Positions 8,956-18,523 are shown, counted from the first letter of the stretch. The stretch is DNA of 33,408 bases from Candidatus Thalassarchaeaceae archaeon (GCA_030747675.1 JASLKH010000074.1:1-33408); one strand, 5' to 3'. Program-made: numbers and translations. The notes: generated by a model not told the origin, from the sequence alone.

Positions 8956-9813
8956 ATGGCAGTGCTCGGACGAGGTGATGGACATGGATCCCTTACGATT
9001 TTACATGCCCTTGGTGCAGGTTACGGCGCAGCAGTTGGGATCGATCTCTCAACAAGAGTTCAATTGCGTGATACCCCTGTCAAAAAGGAGCCTGAAGATG
9101 ATCATGGATTATTACCAGCAGTAGTAGAATCTTGGGTGGCAGCAGGTTTGAATCTCCCTGACGTTGAAGAATTACATTGGGCAGTCCGTAGTGATTTACC
9201 AAAGGGTCGAGGTTTGAAATCATCTGCGGCTCTTGCTGTAGCAGCAATAAAAGCACTTTCGGAAGCAACAGAAATTAAACTTGAAAACCATCAGATTGTT
9301 GACATTGCAGCATCGGCCCAACTTGCTTGCGGCTGCTCATTTACTGGTAGCGTTGATGATGCTTGGGCTGCAGTTGAACCTGGATGGAAAGTAATTGATC
9401 CAACAGTCCCTGCAGCCGAAGGAGTTCTTATGGAAGGTACAATTGAAGGTGATTGGAATGTTTTAGTTATTGATCGAGGGCCAAGAGAAAATATTCCTGA
9501 CCCAGAAAGATTTCAGATGATGTCTAACCAATTTCAAACAGCAATCTCTGCGGTTGAGCAGGGGCATATATTCAATGCAATGTTGCACAATGGTCGCGCT
9601 GTTGCTTCCGCTTTAGGTGATCAACTAGGCAGAAAAATGTGTAATGACCTTTCAGTTTTAGGCTGCAGAGGATCTAGTATTGGTGGCTCTGGACCCTCAC
9701 TAGTAACTTTGATTCACGGCGAACAATCCGCGACGTTAAATCGGACAAAAAGCATGTTGGCTCCACGTGAATGGAACGTAATAGAAACAGGAATATGGAA
9801 GGGTGAGGCATAA
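8956..9813 (+). CDS. aroK: Archaeal shikimate kinase (GHMP family)
   Basis: GSLTILHALGAGYGAAVGIDL N-terminus, GHMP loop PKGRGLKSSAA, TGSVDDA and GGSGPS; located in the aro operon. Confidence 0.88.
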   Translation: MAVLGRGDGHGSLTILHALGAGYGAAVGIDLSTRVQLRDTPVKKEPEDDHGLLPAVVESWVAAGLNLPDVEELHWAVRSDLPKGRGLKSSAALAVAAIKALSEATEIKLENHQIVDIAASAQLACGCSFTGSVDDAWAAVEPGWKVIDPTVPAAEGVLMEGTIEGDWNVLVIDRGPRENIPDPERFQMMSNQFQTAISAVEQGHIFNAMLHNGRAVASALGDQLGRKMCNDLSVLGCRGSSIGGSGPSLVTLIHGEQSATLNRTKSMLAPREWNVIETGIWKGEA

Positions 9814-9830
9814 ACCCGAAGCCATACTGG

Positions 9831-9853
9831 CGCTGCTCCCGGAGGGAGCAGCG
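9831..9853 (+). promoter_or_regulatory. Perfect 10-bp hairpin covering the aroC ribosome-binding site
   Basis: CGCTGCTCCC-GGA-GGGAGCAGCG; GGAGGGAG (9841-9848) sits in the loop and 3' arm; ATG follows at 9854. Confidence 0.65.
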
Positions 9854-10909
9854 ATGGGCATGCGTCTTGGTGAATCAGTGCAAGTCACTCTATTTGGCGA
9901 GAGCCATGGGAGTGCTGTAGGTGCCTTACTGGAAGGAGTTCCAGCAGGTACTGGAATTGATTTGGACATACTAATTGACGATTTAAAACGCCGTCGCCCT
10001 GGTCGCCGTCTTCTTTCGGCACGTGTAGAAACAGATCATTGTGAAATTCTTTCTGGAGTGTTTGAAGGGAAAGCTACAGGCTATCCTATTCTGCTGTTAG
10101 TGCGTAATCAAGACGCTAAATCCAGAGATTACAGTTTCCTCCCAGATCACCCTCGCCCAGGTCATGCAGATTTACCTGAAGCAATTCGAACAGGTGGTTT
10201 TGCAGACCCTAGAGGTGGAGGTGCACATTCTGGACGGTTGACTCTTGGTTTAGTAGCCGCAGGCTCAATTGTGCGAGATACAATTGAATCAAAGGGAATT
10301 CAGGTAGTTGCTCATTGTGCCGCAATTGGCCCTATCACTTCAGAATTCTCAAATGAGCGCGGGGAATCAGAAGCTTGTGAAGTTCTGAATTGCAATAGTC
10401 TCTCAGCCGCTGAAGAAATGTTTGCGAAAGTACGCGAATTACGTAAGGATGGCAATTCAATTGGTTCAACAGTTGAAGTTAGAATTTCAGGTCTTTCTCT
10501 TGGTTTTGGTCAACCATGGTTCAATGGTCTAGAACCTGCATTATCGAGAGGCTTAATGGCCATACCCGGAGCAAGAGCAATTGAATTTGGAAGAGGAATT
10601 TCTGTCGTAGAAATGCTTGGAACAGATCATAATGACTGTTGGAACTCTGATTCTATACCTGTTGGAGATGATGCAGATGGAGTAATTGGTGGTATGGCTA
10701 CCGGATCCCCTCTACGAGTATTGGTACATTTCAAACCACCAAGTTCAATCTCAAAACCACAAATGACTCTACACCTCCCTTCTGGTGAAATGCAAGAGTT
10801 AACAATTGGTGGACGGCATGATCCAGTATTGGCTCCAAGAGCAGCCCCTGTTGTAGAAGCGGTCTGTCGTCTTGTTTTGGCAGACTTGATGACACTTTGT
10901 GGTGATTGA
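9854..10909 (+). CDS. aroC: Chorismate synthase
   Basis: TLFGESHG, RRRPG, RPGHAD, RGGGAHSGRLT, FKPPSSI and GRHDP motifs; likely start ATG 9854. Confidence 0.93.
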   Translation: MGMRLGESVQVTLFGESHGSAVGALLEGVPAGTGIDLDILIDDLKRRRPGRRLLSARVETDHCEILSGVFEGKATGYPILLLVRNQDAKSRDYSFLPDHPRPGHADLPEAIRTGGFADPRGGGAHSGRLTLGLVAAGSIVRDTIESKGIQVVAHCAAIGPITSEFSNERGESEACEVLNCNSLSAAEEMFAKVRELRKDGNSIGSTVEVRISGLSLGFGQPWFNGLEPALSRGLMAIPGARAIEFGRGISVVEMLGTDHNDCWNSDSIPVGDDADGVIGGMATGSPLRVLVHFKPPSSISKPQMTLHLPSGEMQELTIGGRHDPVLAPRAAPVVEAVCRLVLADLMTLCGD

Positions 10910-10910
10910 T

Positions 10911-12239
10911 ATGGGTTATCAAGTTCACAAATTTGGTGGGTCTTGCCTTACTTGTATTGAAGATATTTCAGCGATTACTTCGCGCGTTAGAAATTCATTA
11001 GGCCAACCATTAGTAATTGTTTCAGCATTTCATGGAATTACTGACCGTATTATAGAACAGATTAATCGTAACAATGAGGCATCAATCGAAGCCTTTGTAT
11101 CATCAGTAGAACTTGAGCATTTAGAACTAATTCCTGAAATTGTTAATTCTCCTTGGTCCGTTCGCTTTGCAGAGACCCTCCATTATTTGAAAGTGAAATT
11201 ACAATCGTATTGTGAAAACCCTTCTGTTGAAGTTAGATATGATGCTTTAGCCTGTGGAGAAAGATTGTCCAGTTTAGCAATATCGGCTGCATTGGATGCA
11301 GCAGGCATACCGGCAATTCCCGGCTGGTCTGAGGATATTGGAATTTCAGTTATTGGGAGTGGTGAATCTGCTCAAATTGATGCTCGAAAAACTCGTGAAA
11401 TTCTAAAATTACCTTTGGGGGCAGTACCTGTAATTACTGGATGGTATGGAGTCTCAAATCAAAAAATCGCATTGCTTGGAAGGGGTGGTTCTGATTTATC
11501 GGCAACTGCAATTGCAGAAACTGTCAATGCTGACCAAGTTACAATTTGGAGAGATGTACAAGGCGTGCTTGCATTGTCCCCAAAATGGTCACTTCCTGGG
11601 CGAAATTTGAGCAATTTATCATATACTGAAGCTGCTGAATTGGCATTATTTAGTGAACCAATGCTTCATCCCTCAGCAGTAGATCCTTTGAGAATTCCAG
11701 GTATCCCATTACGACTACGACCATTACATGCACCCGATTTAGAAGGTACTATTATTGGCCCTTCTTTGATTACAGAATCCCCCATAGTACGAGCTGTTGG
11801 TTGCCTTCCGAGGTTAGTGCCAATTTCATGGACACTTTCCAGTGCACTTTCATTAGTTGAAAGTGTGTCAGATGCTACTGCTGCTTTAGGCATGGCTAGG
11901 ATTCGTGTTGTATCCATTCGTGCCCAGCCAGGGCGTGTACGTATTCTTGTTAATCAAAAGTCAGCAACTAGGGCTGAAAGAATACTGAGTGAACGACCAT
12001 CTTTACCCACGCCATTGGTTGGTGAATCAATTTCCATTCTCTGTTTCGTTGGAGAGGGGATTGGACAAGATCTAAGCGTTCGTTCTCGTATTGAACAAGC
12101 ATCAATTGAGGGTGGTGTGACACTTTCATTCAATGCAGATGAACATCGCCCCCATGCAATTCATGCTGCAGTTCCTGCCCAGCAAACAGAATCAGCCCTA
12201 CGGGCATTATGCCTTGCATTGGATTTACTAGTAAATTGA
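10911..12239 (+). CDS. lysC: Aspartate kinase (monofunctional, divergent C-terminal ACT-like region)
   Basis: HKFGG, IVSA, ACGERLSS, LLGRGGSDLSAT, WRDVQGV and YTEAAELA...MLHP motifs; GGTGA RBS at 10901-10905, ATG 10911. Confidence 0.85.
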   Translation: MGYQVHKFGGSCLTCIEDISAITSRVRNSLGQPLVIVSAFHGITDRIIEQINRNNEASIEAFVSSVELEHLELIPEIVNSPWSVRFAETLHYLKVKLQSYCENPSVEVRYDALACGERLSSLAISAALDAAGIPAIPGWSEDIGISVIGSGESAQIDARKTREILKLPLGAVPVITGWYGVSNQKIALLGRGGSDLSATAIAETVNADQVTIWRDVQGVLALSPKWSLPGRNLSNLSYTEAAELALFSEPMLHPSAVDPLRIPGIPLRLRPLHAPDLEGTIIGPSLITESPIVRAVGCLPRLVPISWTLSSALSLVESVSDATAALGMARIRVVSIRAQPGRVRILVNQKSATRAERILSERPSLPTPLVGESISILCFVGEGIGQDLSVRSRIEQASIEGGVTLSFNADEHRPHAIHAAVPAQQTESALRALCLALDLLVN

Positions 12240-12240
12240 A

Positions 12241-13164
12241 TTAGTCACTCGATTCACGCCATTGTTGAATTCGCAATGGAATATTTGCCGCGAAAATAGT
12301 GGCAACAATAAGGAATACTAGCATAGTTCCCAGTGCCACACCGTAAACACTAGTCAATTCAACAGATTCAGAGAGTCTGTGAGCAGTTTCAGGATCAAAA
12401 ATACCGAAGAACCAAGGAATAATGACATTTATCATCAATGTAGCAAGCGCAACAAATGTTGCAATTAGTGGAGTTATAATCAAACTAATGTGGTATTTGC
12501 TGAGAACTTTCTTTACATTCATAACATACACTTCTCCAGTTCGAATACTGGTGTCTAGCATAGAGAATCGAATAATTCCATTTGTAACTTCGATGTACAT
12601 CACAAGGGATACAGCGTAAATGACCAGAAGAAACTTGACCCAACCTTCATCAAGACCGTCAAGCACACCAGACTCAAAATTAACTTTGGATGCTGCAAAT
12701 CTTAGGGATATAAGGATGAATAATACATATGATGCGAGGAGGCCCCGAGCATCACGACGGAAAATACCGTAAAAACCAGCACCTAATGCTGATACCACAA
12801 TTAGTAAGTGTAGAATTTGCCCTAGAGCATCAAAACCAATCCACAATGCAAATGAATTCCAGAAAGTTCCATCGACAGGTGTGATTAGGTAAGTGAGTAC
12901 GGCTAAAATCATCATCAAGCCACCACCTACCAACTGAAGAGTTTGCACCATTCGATCGGCAGGTAAGAATTTCATTTTTGGAATTAGAGGTCCACCGAAA
13001 AGGCTCTCAACAAAAGAGGGAACGTGAACCTCTGGAACTGCATCTTTCGGAATATCACTACTTCCAGTCATCCTCCCTGCAATTTTTTTCCGACTGGGGG
13101 CCGATGCACGAATTGTCTTACCATCGTACAAGTGGGATGTATCTCCAGATCTACCTGCTGCCAT
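12241..13164 (-). CDS. Hypothetical multi-pass membrane protein (about 7 TM) downstream of the MoxR/DUF58 genes
   Basis: 307-aa ORF with GAGGTGAG RBS; hydrophobic segments; no family recognised. Confidence 0.75.
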   Translation of the reverse strand: MAAGRSGDTSHLYDGKTIRASAPSRKKIAGRMTGSSDIPKDAVPEVHVPSFVESLFGGPLIPKMKFLPADRMVQTLQLVGGGLMMILAVLTYLITPVDGTFWNSFALWIGFDALGQILHLLIVVSALGAGFYGIFRRDARGLLASYVLFILISLRFAASKVNFESGVLDGLDEGWVKFLLVIYAVSLVMYIEVTNGIIRFSMLDTSIRTGEVYVMNVKKVLSKYHISLIITPLIATFVALATLMINVIIPWFFGIFDPETAHRLSESVELTSVYGVALGTMLVFLIVATIFAANIPLRIQQWRESSD

Positions 13165-13173
13165 TTTCTCACC

Positions 13174-14493
13174 TCAGAATCCTCGTGCGCCTGCCAAGGC
13201 TGTCGAAAGGAGCATGTCGGGCTCCCAATCCATTACAAAGGCTCCAAGACCTCGCAACTCACTAATCAAAATATCTCGTTCAGTCTTTAGGACCTCATAC
13301 CCTGTACGATCTAGTCTCTTTGCATCAAACTCAAATTCTAAACTCGATGGGCTCAATATCGTCACATCAAATTCTCTTGCGCGGAAATCACGCACTGCGT
13401 TTACTATTGTCGGGTCACCTTCTAATGGACTGAGAATAATAATTGGGCTACCTTTGTTGATGTGAGGCATTATTCGATTGGTAACAACCTGTAAAGGAGT
13501 ATTTCCTTTTGCTGCAGCGCCCGCAAGTTTGGTTAACAATACATAGAGCTGTTTCTTCCCGGTATCTCGGTCGACACTATTGATGTCATTACCATAAATG
13601 ACAAGTCCTACAGAGTCACGTCTGCTTAGGAAAAATTGAGCCAAACTAGCTGCGGCTCGCGTACTATATACTAGTGAATTCCGACTCACTGGGCCAGTTT
13701 CAGCAATAGATCGACTATCAACAATTAGGATGATGTCAGATACAGCATCTCTTTCAAATTCGTTAACCATCATCTTACCACTTCTTGCATAGGCAGACCA
13801 ATTGACCTTCTTCATCGCGTCACCAGGGATATATTCGCGCAAATTGTAGAAATTCGAACCTTCACCAGGTTGACGAATGTTCACAGCACCAGTGAAAATC
13901 TTTGGCACTCGACTCTTCACGAATGCATCCTTGAGGTCTTCCGTTTTAGGAAACACAAGGAAATCATCATACACATGGATTTCCTTTTCTTTGTGGAAAA
14001 GACCAAACGGATCTTGTACTCGAATACTGACAGGCCCTAATGTGTAAAATCCACGTAATGGGCACTCCATTGTATACTCAATTAGTGTTTCACGACGAGG
14101 CCCCAATTCCATCAAGATGTAATTGGCTCCTTCTTTGATGCGCATTACTTCAGGCACAGTGTCTTTGACTTCAAGAACCTTAGAGAGAGGAGATTCATTT
14201 TGTAGGCGTAAAGTCACTTGGATTTCACCATCTTCAAAGATACGTGCGGAGGAAATTTTGCGCATTGCAGAAAGAGATGCTAATGTGGGCGCATCTTCAG
14301 TTTCTTCATCTTCATCAATTCGTCGACCTGTTGAAGCAACATCAGCATGCGCAGCACGCAATGCAGCCCATGTCAGGAAGGATAGGAATACCACGGCAAC
14401 AGTCACAAGTTGTTGGTTTCGTAAAACGAGACCAAGCAAGTACAACGCTGTCGCTAGACTAGCGAACATTGCTGATTTGCGACTCCATGCCAT
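13174..14493 (-). CDS. DUF58 (vWA-like) family protein with N-terminal TM helices
   Basis: LRGFYTLGPVSIRVQDPFGLF, FYNLREYIPGD, KVNWSAYAR, MVNEFE and LIVDSRS motifs; adjacent to MoxR. Confidence 0.9.
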   Translation of the reverse strand: MAWSRKSAMFASLATALYLLGLVLRNQQLVTVAVVFLSFLTWAALRAAHADVASTGRRIDEDEETEDAPTLASLSAMRKISSARIFEDGEIQVTLRLQNESPLSKVLEVKDTVPEVMRIKEGANYILMELGPRRETLIEYTMECPLRGFYTLGPVSIRVQDPFGLFHKEKEIHVYDDFLVFPKTEDLKDAFVKSRVPKIFTGAVNIRQPGEGSNFYNLREYIPGDAMKKVNWSAYARSGKMMVNEFERDAVSDIILIVDSRSIAETGPVSRNSLVYSTRAAASLAQFFLSRRDSVGLVIYGNDINSVDRDTGKKQLYVLLTKLAGAAAKGNTPLQVVTNRIMPHINKGSPIIILSPLEGDPTIVNAVRDFRAREFDVTILSPSSLEFEFDAKRLDRTGYEVLKTERDILISELRGLGAFVMDWEPDMLLSTALAGARGF

Positions 14494-14535
14494 GACAAAT
14501 CTTCCTATTCAACGCAAATTAACACTACTAGTGCC

Positions 14536-15681
14536 TCAGACAGTTGGTACTGGAACTTCTCTGAGAATAGCTTCGATGACTTCTTGCTGCTCTAGTCCCT
14601 TAATCTGATGCTCAGGTTTGAGAATCAGACGGTGACTAACCGCTAGCGGTGCAACAGCCTTCACATCATCAGGTGTGACGAAGTCGCGTCCTCGCATTGC
14701 AGCAGCAGCACGACTGGTCTTGAGTAGTGCTTGCGAACCACGAGGTGATGAACCGACGAGTACACGAGGGTCTTCACGAGTTCGAGCAACAATTTCAACC
14801 ATGTACATGCGAACAGCTGGATCGACGTATACGTCTTCGACAGCTTGTTGCATTGCAACTACGCGTGCAGGGTCTGTAATGACATCAACATCAACCGCAT
14901 CCTTCTTTCGAGTAATACGGCGAGCTAGAATCTCATCTTCATCAGCACGGTCAGGATATCCTACGCTCATCTTGAACATGAATCTGTCAAGTTGGGCTTC
15001 AGGTAGTGGATAAGTTCCTTCTTGTTCAACCGGGTTTTGTGTGGCCATTGTTAGGAACGGACTTGGTAGTTTGTGGGTGACTGTTCCAATTGTTACTTGC
15101 TTCTCTTGCATAGCCTCCAACAAAGCAGCTTGTGTCTTTGGAGGAGCACGATTAATCTCGTCAGATAGCAATAGGTTGCAGAAAATCGGTCCAGGCTTGA
15201 ATGTAAATTCGCCCTTCTTTGCATCGTAAATGTTTGTACCAGTGATATCTGCAGGTAGTAAGTCAGGTGTGAATTGCACACGCTTGAAGTCGCACCCTAG
15301 TGCGTCTGCGAAGGTGTTTGTCATCAATGTCTTTGCAAGTCCAGGATAATCTTCGAACAGCAAGTTGCCGTTTGACAGGATGTTCACTAGAACATTGTCA
15401 ATAACGTGACTCTTACCAATAATCACTTTGGACACTTCAGCGCTAATTGCTTGTCCAATTGCACCTACAGCAGCGAGTCTCTCGCGTACTTCAGGTGTAC
15501 TCTGATGCTTGGGTGCCTGCGGGGCAGCCGGTGCCGGAGCCGGAGCTTGTGCCACTGGCGCAGGTGCTGGCGCAGGGGCAGGTGCTGGGGCTGGGGCAGG
15601 GGCCGGCGCAGGAGCCGCGGGTGCGGCTGGGGCTACGGGTGTCGTTGGCGCGGGTGCGCCTGGCGGTGGTGGTGCCTGCAT
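14536..15681 (-). CDS. moxR: MoxR-family AAA+ ATPase (MoxR-proper type) with Pro/Ala-rich N-terminal tail
   Basis: EDYPGLAKT, RVQFTPDLLPADITG, DEINRAPPKTQAALLEAMQE and ATQNPVEQEGTYPLPEAQLDRF motifs; GAGAGGAG RBS. Confidence 0.95.
   Translation of the reverse strand: MQAPPPPGAPAPTTPVAPAAPAAPAPAPAPAPAPAPAPAPAPVAQAPAPAPAAPQAPKHQSTPEVRERLAAVGAIGQAISAEVSKVIIGKSHVIDNVLVNILSNGNLLFEDYPGLAKTLMTNTFADALGCDFKRVQFTPDLLPADITGTNIYDAKKGEFTFKPGPIFCNLLLSDEINRAPPKTQAALLEAMQEKQVTIGTVTHKLPSPFLTMATQNPVEQEGTYPLPEAQLDRFMFKMSVGYPDRADEDEILARRITRKKDAVDVDVITDPARVVAMQQAVEDVYVDPAVRMYMVEIVARTREDPRVLVGSSPRGSQALLKTSRAAAAMRGRDFVTPDDVKAVAPLAVSHRLILKPEHQIKGLEQQEVIEAILREVPVPTV
15515..15678 (-). repeat. GC-rich degenerate hexamer repeat encoding (Ala-Pro)n
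   Basis: Protein QAPPPPGAPAPTTPVAPAAPAAPAPAPAPAPAPAPAPAP...; on the + strand repeats of GGCGCA/GGTGCT/GGGGCA. Confidence 0.9.
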
Positions 15682-15719
15682 TTTTTTTCACTTCTCCTCT
15701 CTTTTTTCACGCGATTTTA

Positions 15720-17309
15720 TCACGATTTCTTCCCCCAACGACGAATCGTTTGGAGTAGCGTTCGCAACTCCTCGGGGGAATAGGTCCGGTTCTGGCTATA
15801 TGCTAGTTCCGTAAGCCGGGGGTCGCCAATCATGTTCTGCACTTCAGCAGGTGGTTTCAAGGCCATTTCATCCCGGGTAAGATCGTAGAAAATACGAACC
15901 TTTGCCATCAACGCTTCTTTCACACGCTTACGATAACTACCTGGGTCAACTTTCTCCGGTCTTTCTCTAAATCTTGTCAAATCAAAGACATGTCTCCAAT
16001 TTGACTTCTCTGGTACGACCATAATCGCAACCATTAGTAGTAATAGTACATTCAAAATAATGAGCCATTTGAGGAAGGAATCGCTTGTTAAGAGGACAAT
16101 GGTAGCCATTGCATCTGTGAAAGGTGCACTCATGATTCCAGTTACGTGACGACTTTCATCGAATACGATATAGAAATTGGAATGTGATAATTTTATTGTG
16201 TTGGATAGTTCTTGATTATCAAATTCCATCATTGAGAAAATTAGTGATTTGAAGAAATATTCATTTCCGTTCCATCGAATTGCCCATGCGTCTTCCGTAT
16301 TACTCCCACTCATCTTCCCCATCCAACAATGCGAAGATGGAATGCATTCAGCACTCATCCCGGTATTTTCCCCTTCTTCGAAATCCCATAGCCTATTACT
16401 GAATGCCGTTTGATCTGATACGAATACGATGGAACCTGTAACATCAATGTCTGAACGACTATCGCTGGAACCGGCTTTGTAATCTTGAGTTTCAATATTG
16501 GGATAATCAATTCGTACAACTAAACTCAAATTCCCAGGGGCTGGATTCAAATCGTTACCACAGTCTCCATCTCCAGCAACATCGATACAAGCTCCTCTTC
16601 CTGCGTGAGCGAGAACTTTAATTTCTCGATTATCATTATTATCTTCAGAGAAATTTTCAACCATCATCCCTGTTGGTGAACGGAACATAACTGGCATCCT
16701 GCAACCGTCAAAGGAATGGATTTCCAGATTTGTTTTCCAACATCCTTGTCGGAGAGCTGATTCGGACATTCCATCAACAGATTCGTTAATTGACGATAGC
16801 CCCCATACATTTCTCCAATTTTCAGGCATGAATTCTTGTGTCGCTGGGTTAATTTGATCCCAATGTTGATCTTCATCAAACAAAGGTGCATTTTGATATG
16901 TAACTCCAAATTTTGCAGCAACGCGGTTGGCATTAGTATTGTCTGCCGCAATAATGACTTTCCCTCCACGTTCAGTAACAAATTCGTGAATCTTACTTGC
17001 TTCAGTTTCATCTATTGGTTTCTCGGGAGCGACAATTACCAACAATGTTCGGTGCGGGTCCTTCCAATCATTCACAAGCATTGGAGTAGACATTGTGTTA
17101 GCAATTGAGTAATCTTCGCCTCCATCACCTAGAGTTTCAGCCATCATGTTCAATTGACTTTCACTGGAATCAGTGACATATGCTGAGTACACTGTATCTT
17201 TATTTGCAGAGAATACCATGGGGAGGATTAGCGTTAGTAAAAGGGTCAGTACCAGAGAAATTGCAACAAATAGTCCAAATCGACTATTTTCTTCCTCTGT
17301 ATCTGCCAC
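15720..17309 (-). CDS. DUF4350-like membrane-anchored protein
   Basis: N-terminal TM; PHRTLLVIVAPEKP...IHEFVTERGGKVIIAAD; VFVSDQTAFSN; VFDESRH; C-terminal TM and cytoplasmic tail. Likely start GTG 17309 with GAGG RBS (ORF track starts at TTG 17342). Confidence 0.7.
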   Translation of the reverse strand: MADTEEENSRFGLFVAISLVLTLLLTLILPMVFSANKDTVYSAYVTDSSESQLNMMAETLGDGGEDYSIANTMSTPMLVNDWKDPHRTLLVIVAPEKPIDETEASKIHEFVTERGGKVIIAADNTNANRVAAKFGVTYQNAPLFDEDQHWDQINPATQEFMPENWRNVWGLSSINESVDGMSESALRQGCWKTNLEIHSFDGCRMPVMFRSPTGMMVENFSEDNNDNREIKVLAHAGRGACIDVAGDGDCGNDLNPAPGNLSLVVRIDYPNIETQDYKAGSSDSRSDIDVTGSIVFVSDQTAFSNRLWDFEEGENTGMSAECIPSSHCWMGKMSGSNTEDAWAIRWNGNEYFFKSLIFSMMEFDNQELSNTIKLSHSNFYIVFDESRHVTGIMSAPFTDAMATIVLLTSDSFLKWLIILNVLLLLMVAIMVVPEKSNWRHVFDLTRFRERPEKVDPGSYRKRVKEALMAKVRIFYDLTRDEMALKPPAEVQNMIGDPRLTELAYSQNRTYSPEELRTLLQTIRRWGKKS

Positions 17310-17455
17310 ATCTCTCGCCTCATTATTTAGATTCCAAGCCAAGGCTCGGGCACATCAACGCCCTCCCCAATCAAATATCGCAAATATAGGTTGCTGCACA
17401 TCGATTGAGATAAAATGGGCAATTTGAAAGGAGTTTCAAGTTGACCCTTTGCGTA

Positions 17456-18523
17456 TCATTTCTCTGTATCAGCATCTTTTTGAGAAGAAATATTTCTTTT
17501 TACACGCATAGTGATGGCTGCGAGTACCATCCCTAATGGTGTGGATAATATTGGGAAAAAGAGGAAATTATCATTCTCTACTTCTGCTTGATTTTCTGGT
17601 CCATCATCGTTACCTGTACTGGCATCATCGTTATCTGATTGACTTCCTATGGCACTTTCTTCAACATTTAGTTCAAGAGAATCCTTGTTCAATGAATCCC
17701 CAATACTTCCATCAGCCACCCCTTGTGAATATACAGTAATTTCAATTTCACATAAGCGAGTTGGATGGGCTGAAGAAGCATCGTATGAGATTACAGCACT
17801 CACACCTCCCCCTAAATCAGAATTCAACCAAGCTCCAGGATTTGCTTGTTTGTGTAATATCTCATCAAGAGAATTTTCTCCGTCAGAGTTAATTGTTAGC
17901 AAAGGACAATTATCATCAATTTCATAATTCTGAATTGAGTCTATTGCATTCCCATTATTTATGAGACTAACTTCCAAATATCCTTCTGTCCCTGCACTGA
18001 TTGGATACCCTAAATCTTCGATTACAACCCCCCATCTGTGGATATCAGGAACATATAATTCTCCTTCTATTGAATCGGTTGATATTGGTAGTGAATCAGG
18101 AATCGTAATGACTGACCAAGCAGTTAATTGTCCTGAAATCTCGAAAGGAATTGTGACCCCATTTACTGAAGTGGCAATTGTAGTCCAGAGTTGATCTCCC
18201 ATTCCGAACGCCACCATTGAATATGTTTTATTTTGGCCACTAGGGATTGTTACAGAATCAGGGCCGCCGACCCAGTTATCATCAGCATACTCCAACCCAA
18301 TTTCAATGTCTCCTACGATATTATTATTCTTAATCCAAAACTCAACAATAGTATCTTCTTCGCCAAGGGAGTAAGGAATTTGTTCTTCGCCATCGGGAAT
18401 GACAAATCCCATCTCCCAACCAATGAATTCTGGCATGTCTTGCTGAGCCCCAGAGGGGGCAGGTATTATGACAAAAAGCGCCATTAAACAAAGTGAAACA
18501 CAGATGCGTCGAAAAGCCGCCAT
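17456..18523 (-). CDS. Secreted/cell-surface protein with Ig-like (NEW3/CARDB-like) domains and C-terminal TM anchor
   Basis: Signal peptide; EVSLINNGNAIDS strand motif; acidic linker; C-terminal hydrophobic helix followed by RVKR. Confidence 0.6.
   Translation of the reverse strand: MAAFRRICVSLCLMALFVIIPAPSGAQQDMPEFIGWEMGFVIPDGEEQIPYSLGEEDTIVEFWIKNNNIVGDIEIGLEYADDNWVGGPDSVTIPSGQNKTYSMVAFGMGDQLWTTIATSVNGVTIPFEISGQLTAWSVITIPDSLPISTDSIEGELYVPDIHRWGVVIEDLGYPISAGTEGYLEVSLINNGNAIDSIQNYEIDDNCPLLTINSDGENSLDEILHKQANPGAWLNSDLGGGVSAVISYDASSAHPTRLCEIEITVYSQGVADGSIGDSLNKDSLELNVEESAIGSQSDNDDASTGNDDGPENQAEVENDNFLFFPILSTPLGMVLAAITMRVKRNISSQKDADTEK

Noticed and set aside
13164-13176. In-frame TGA between DUF58 and the downstream membrane gene (possible readthrough or selenocysteine)
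   Set aside because: The TGA is part of a strong GAGGTGAG RBS for ATG 13164, there is no redox-motif context, and DUF58 ends at a normal position.
15509-15814. Silk-like (Gly-Ala)n ORF and other ORFs overlapping the moxR 5' end
   Set aside because: Antisense or alternate-frame shadows of the Ala-Pro repeat.
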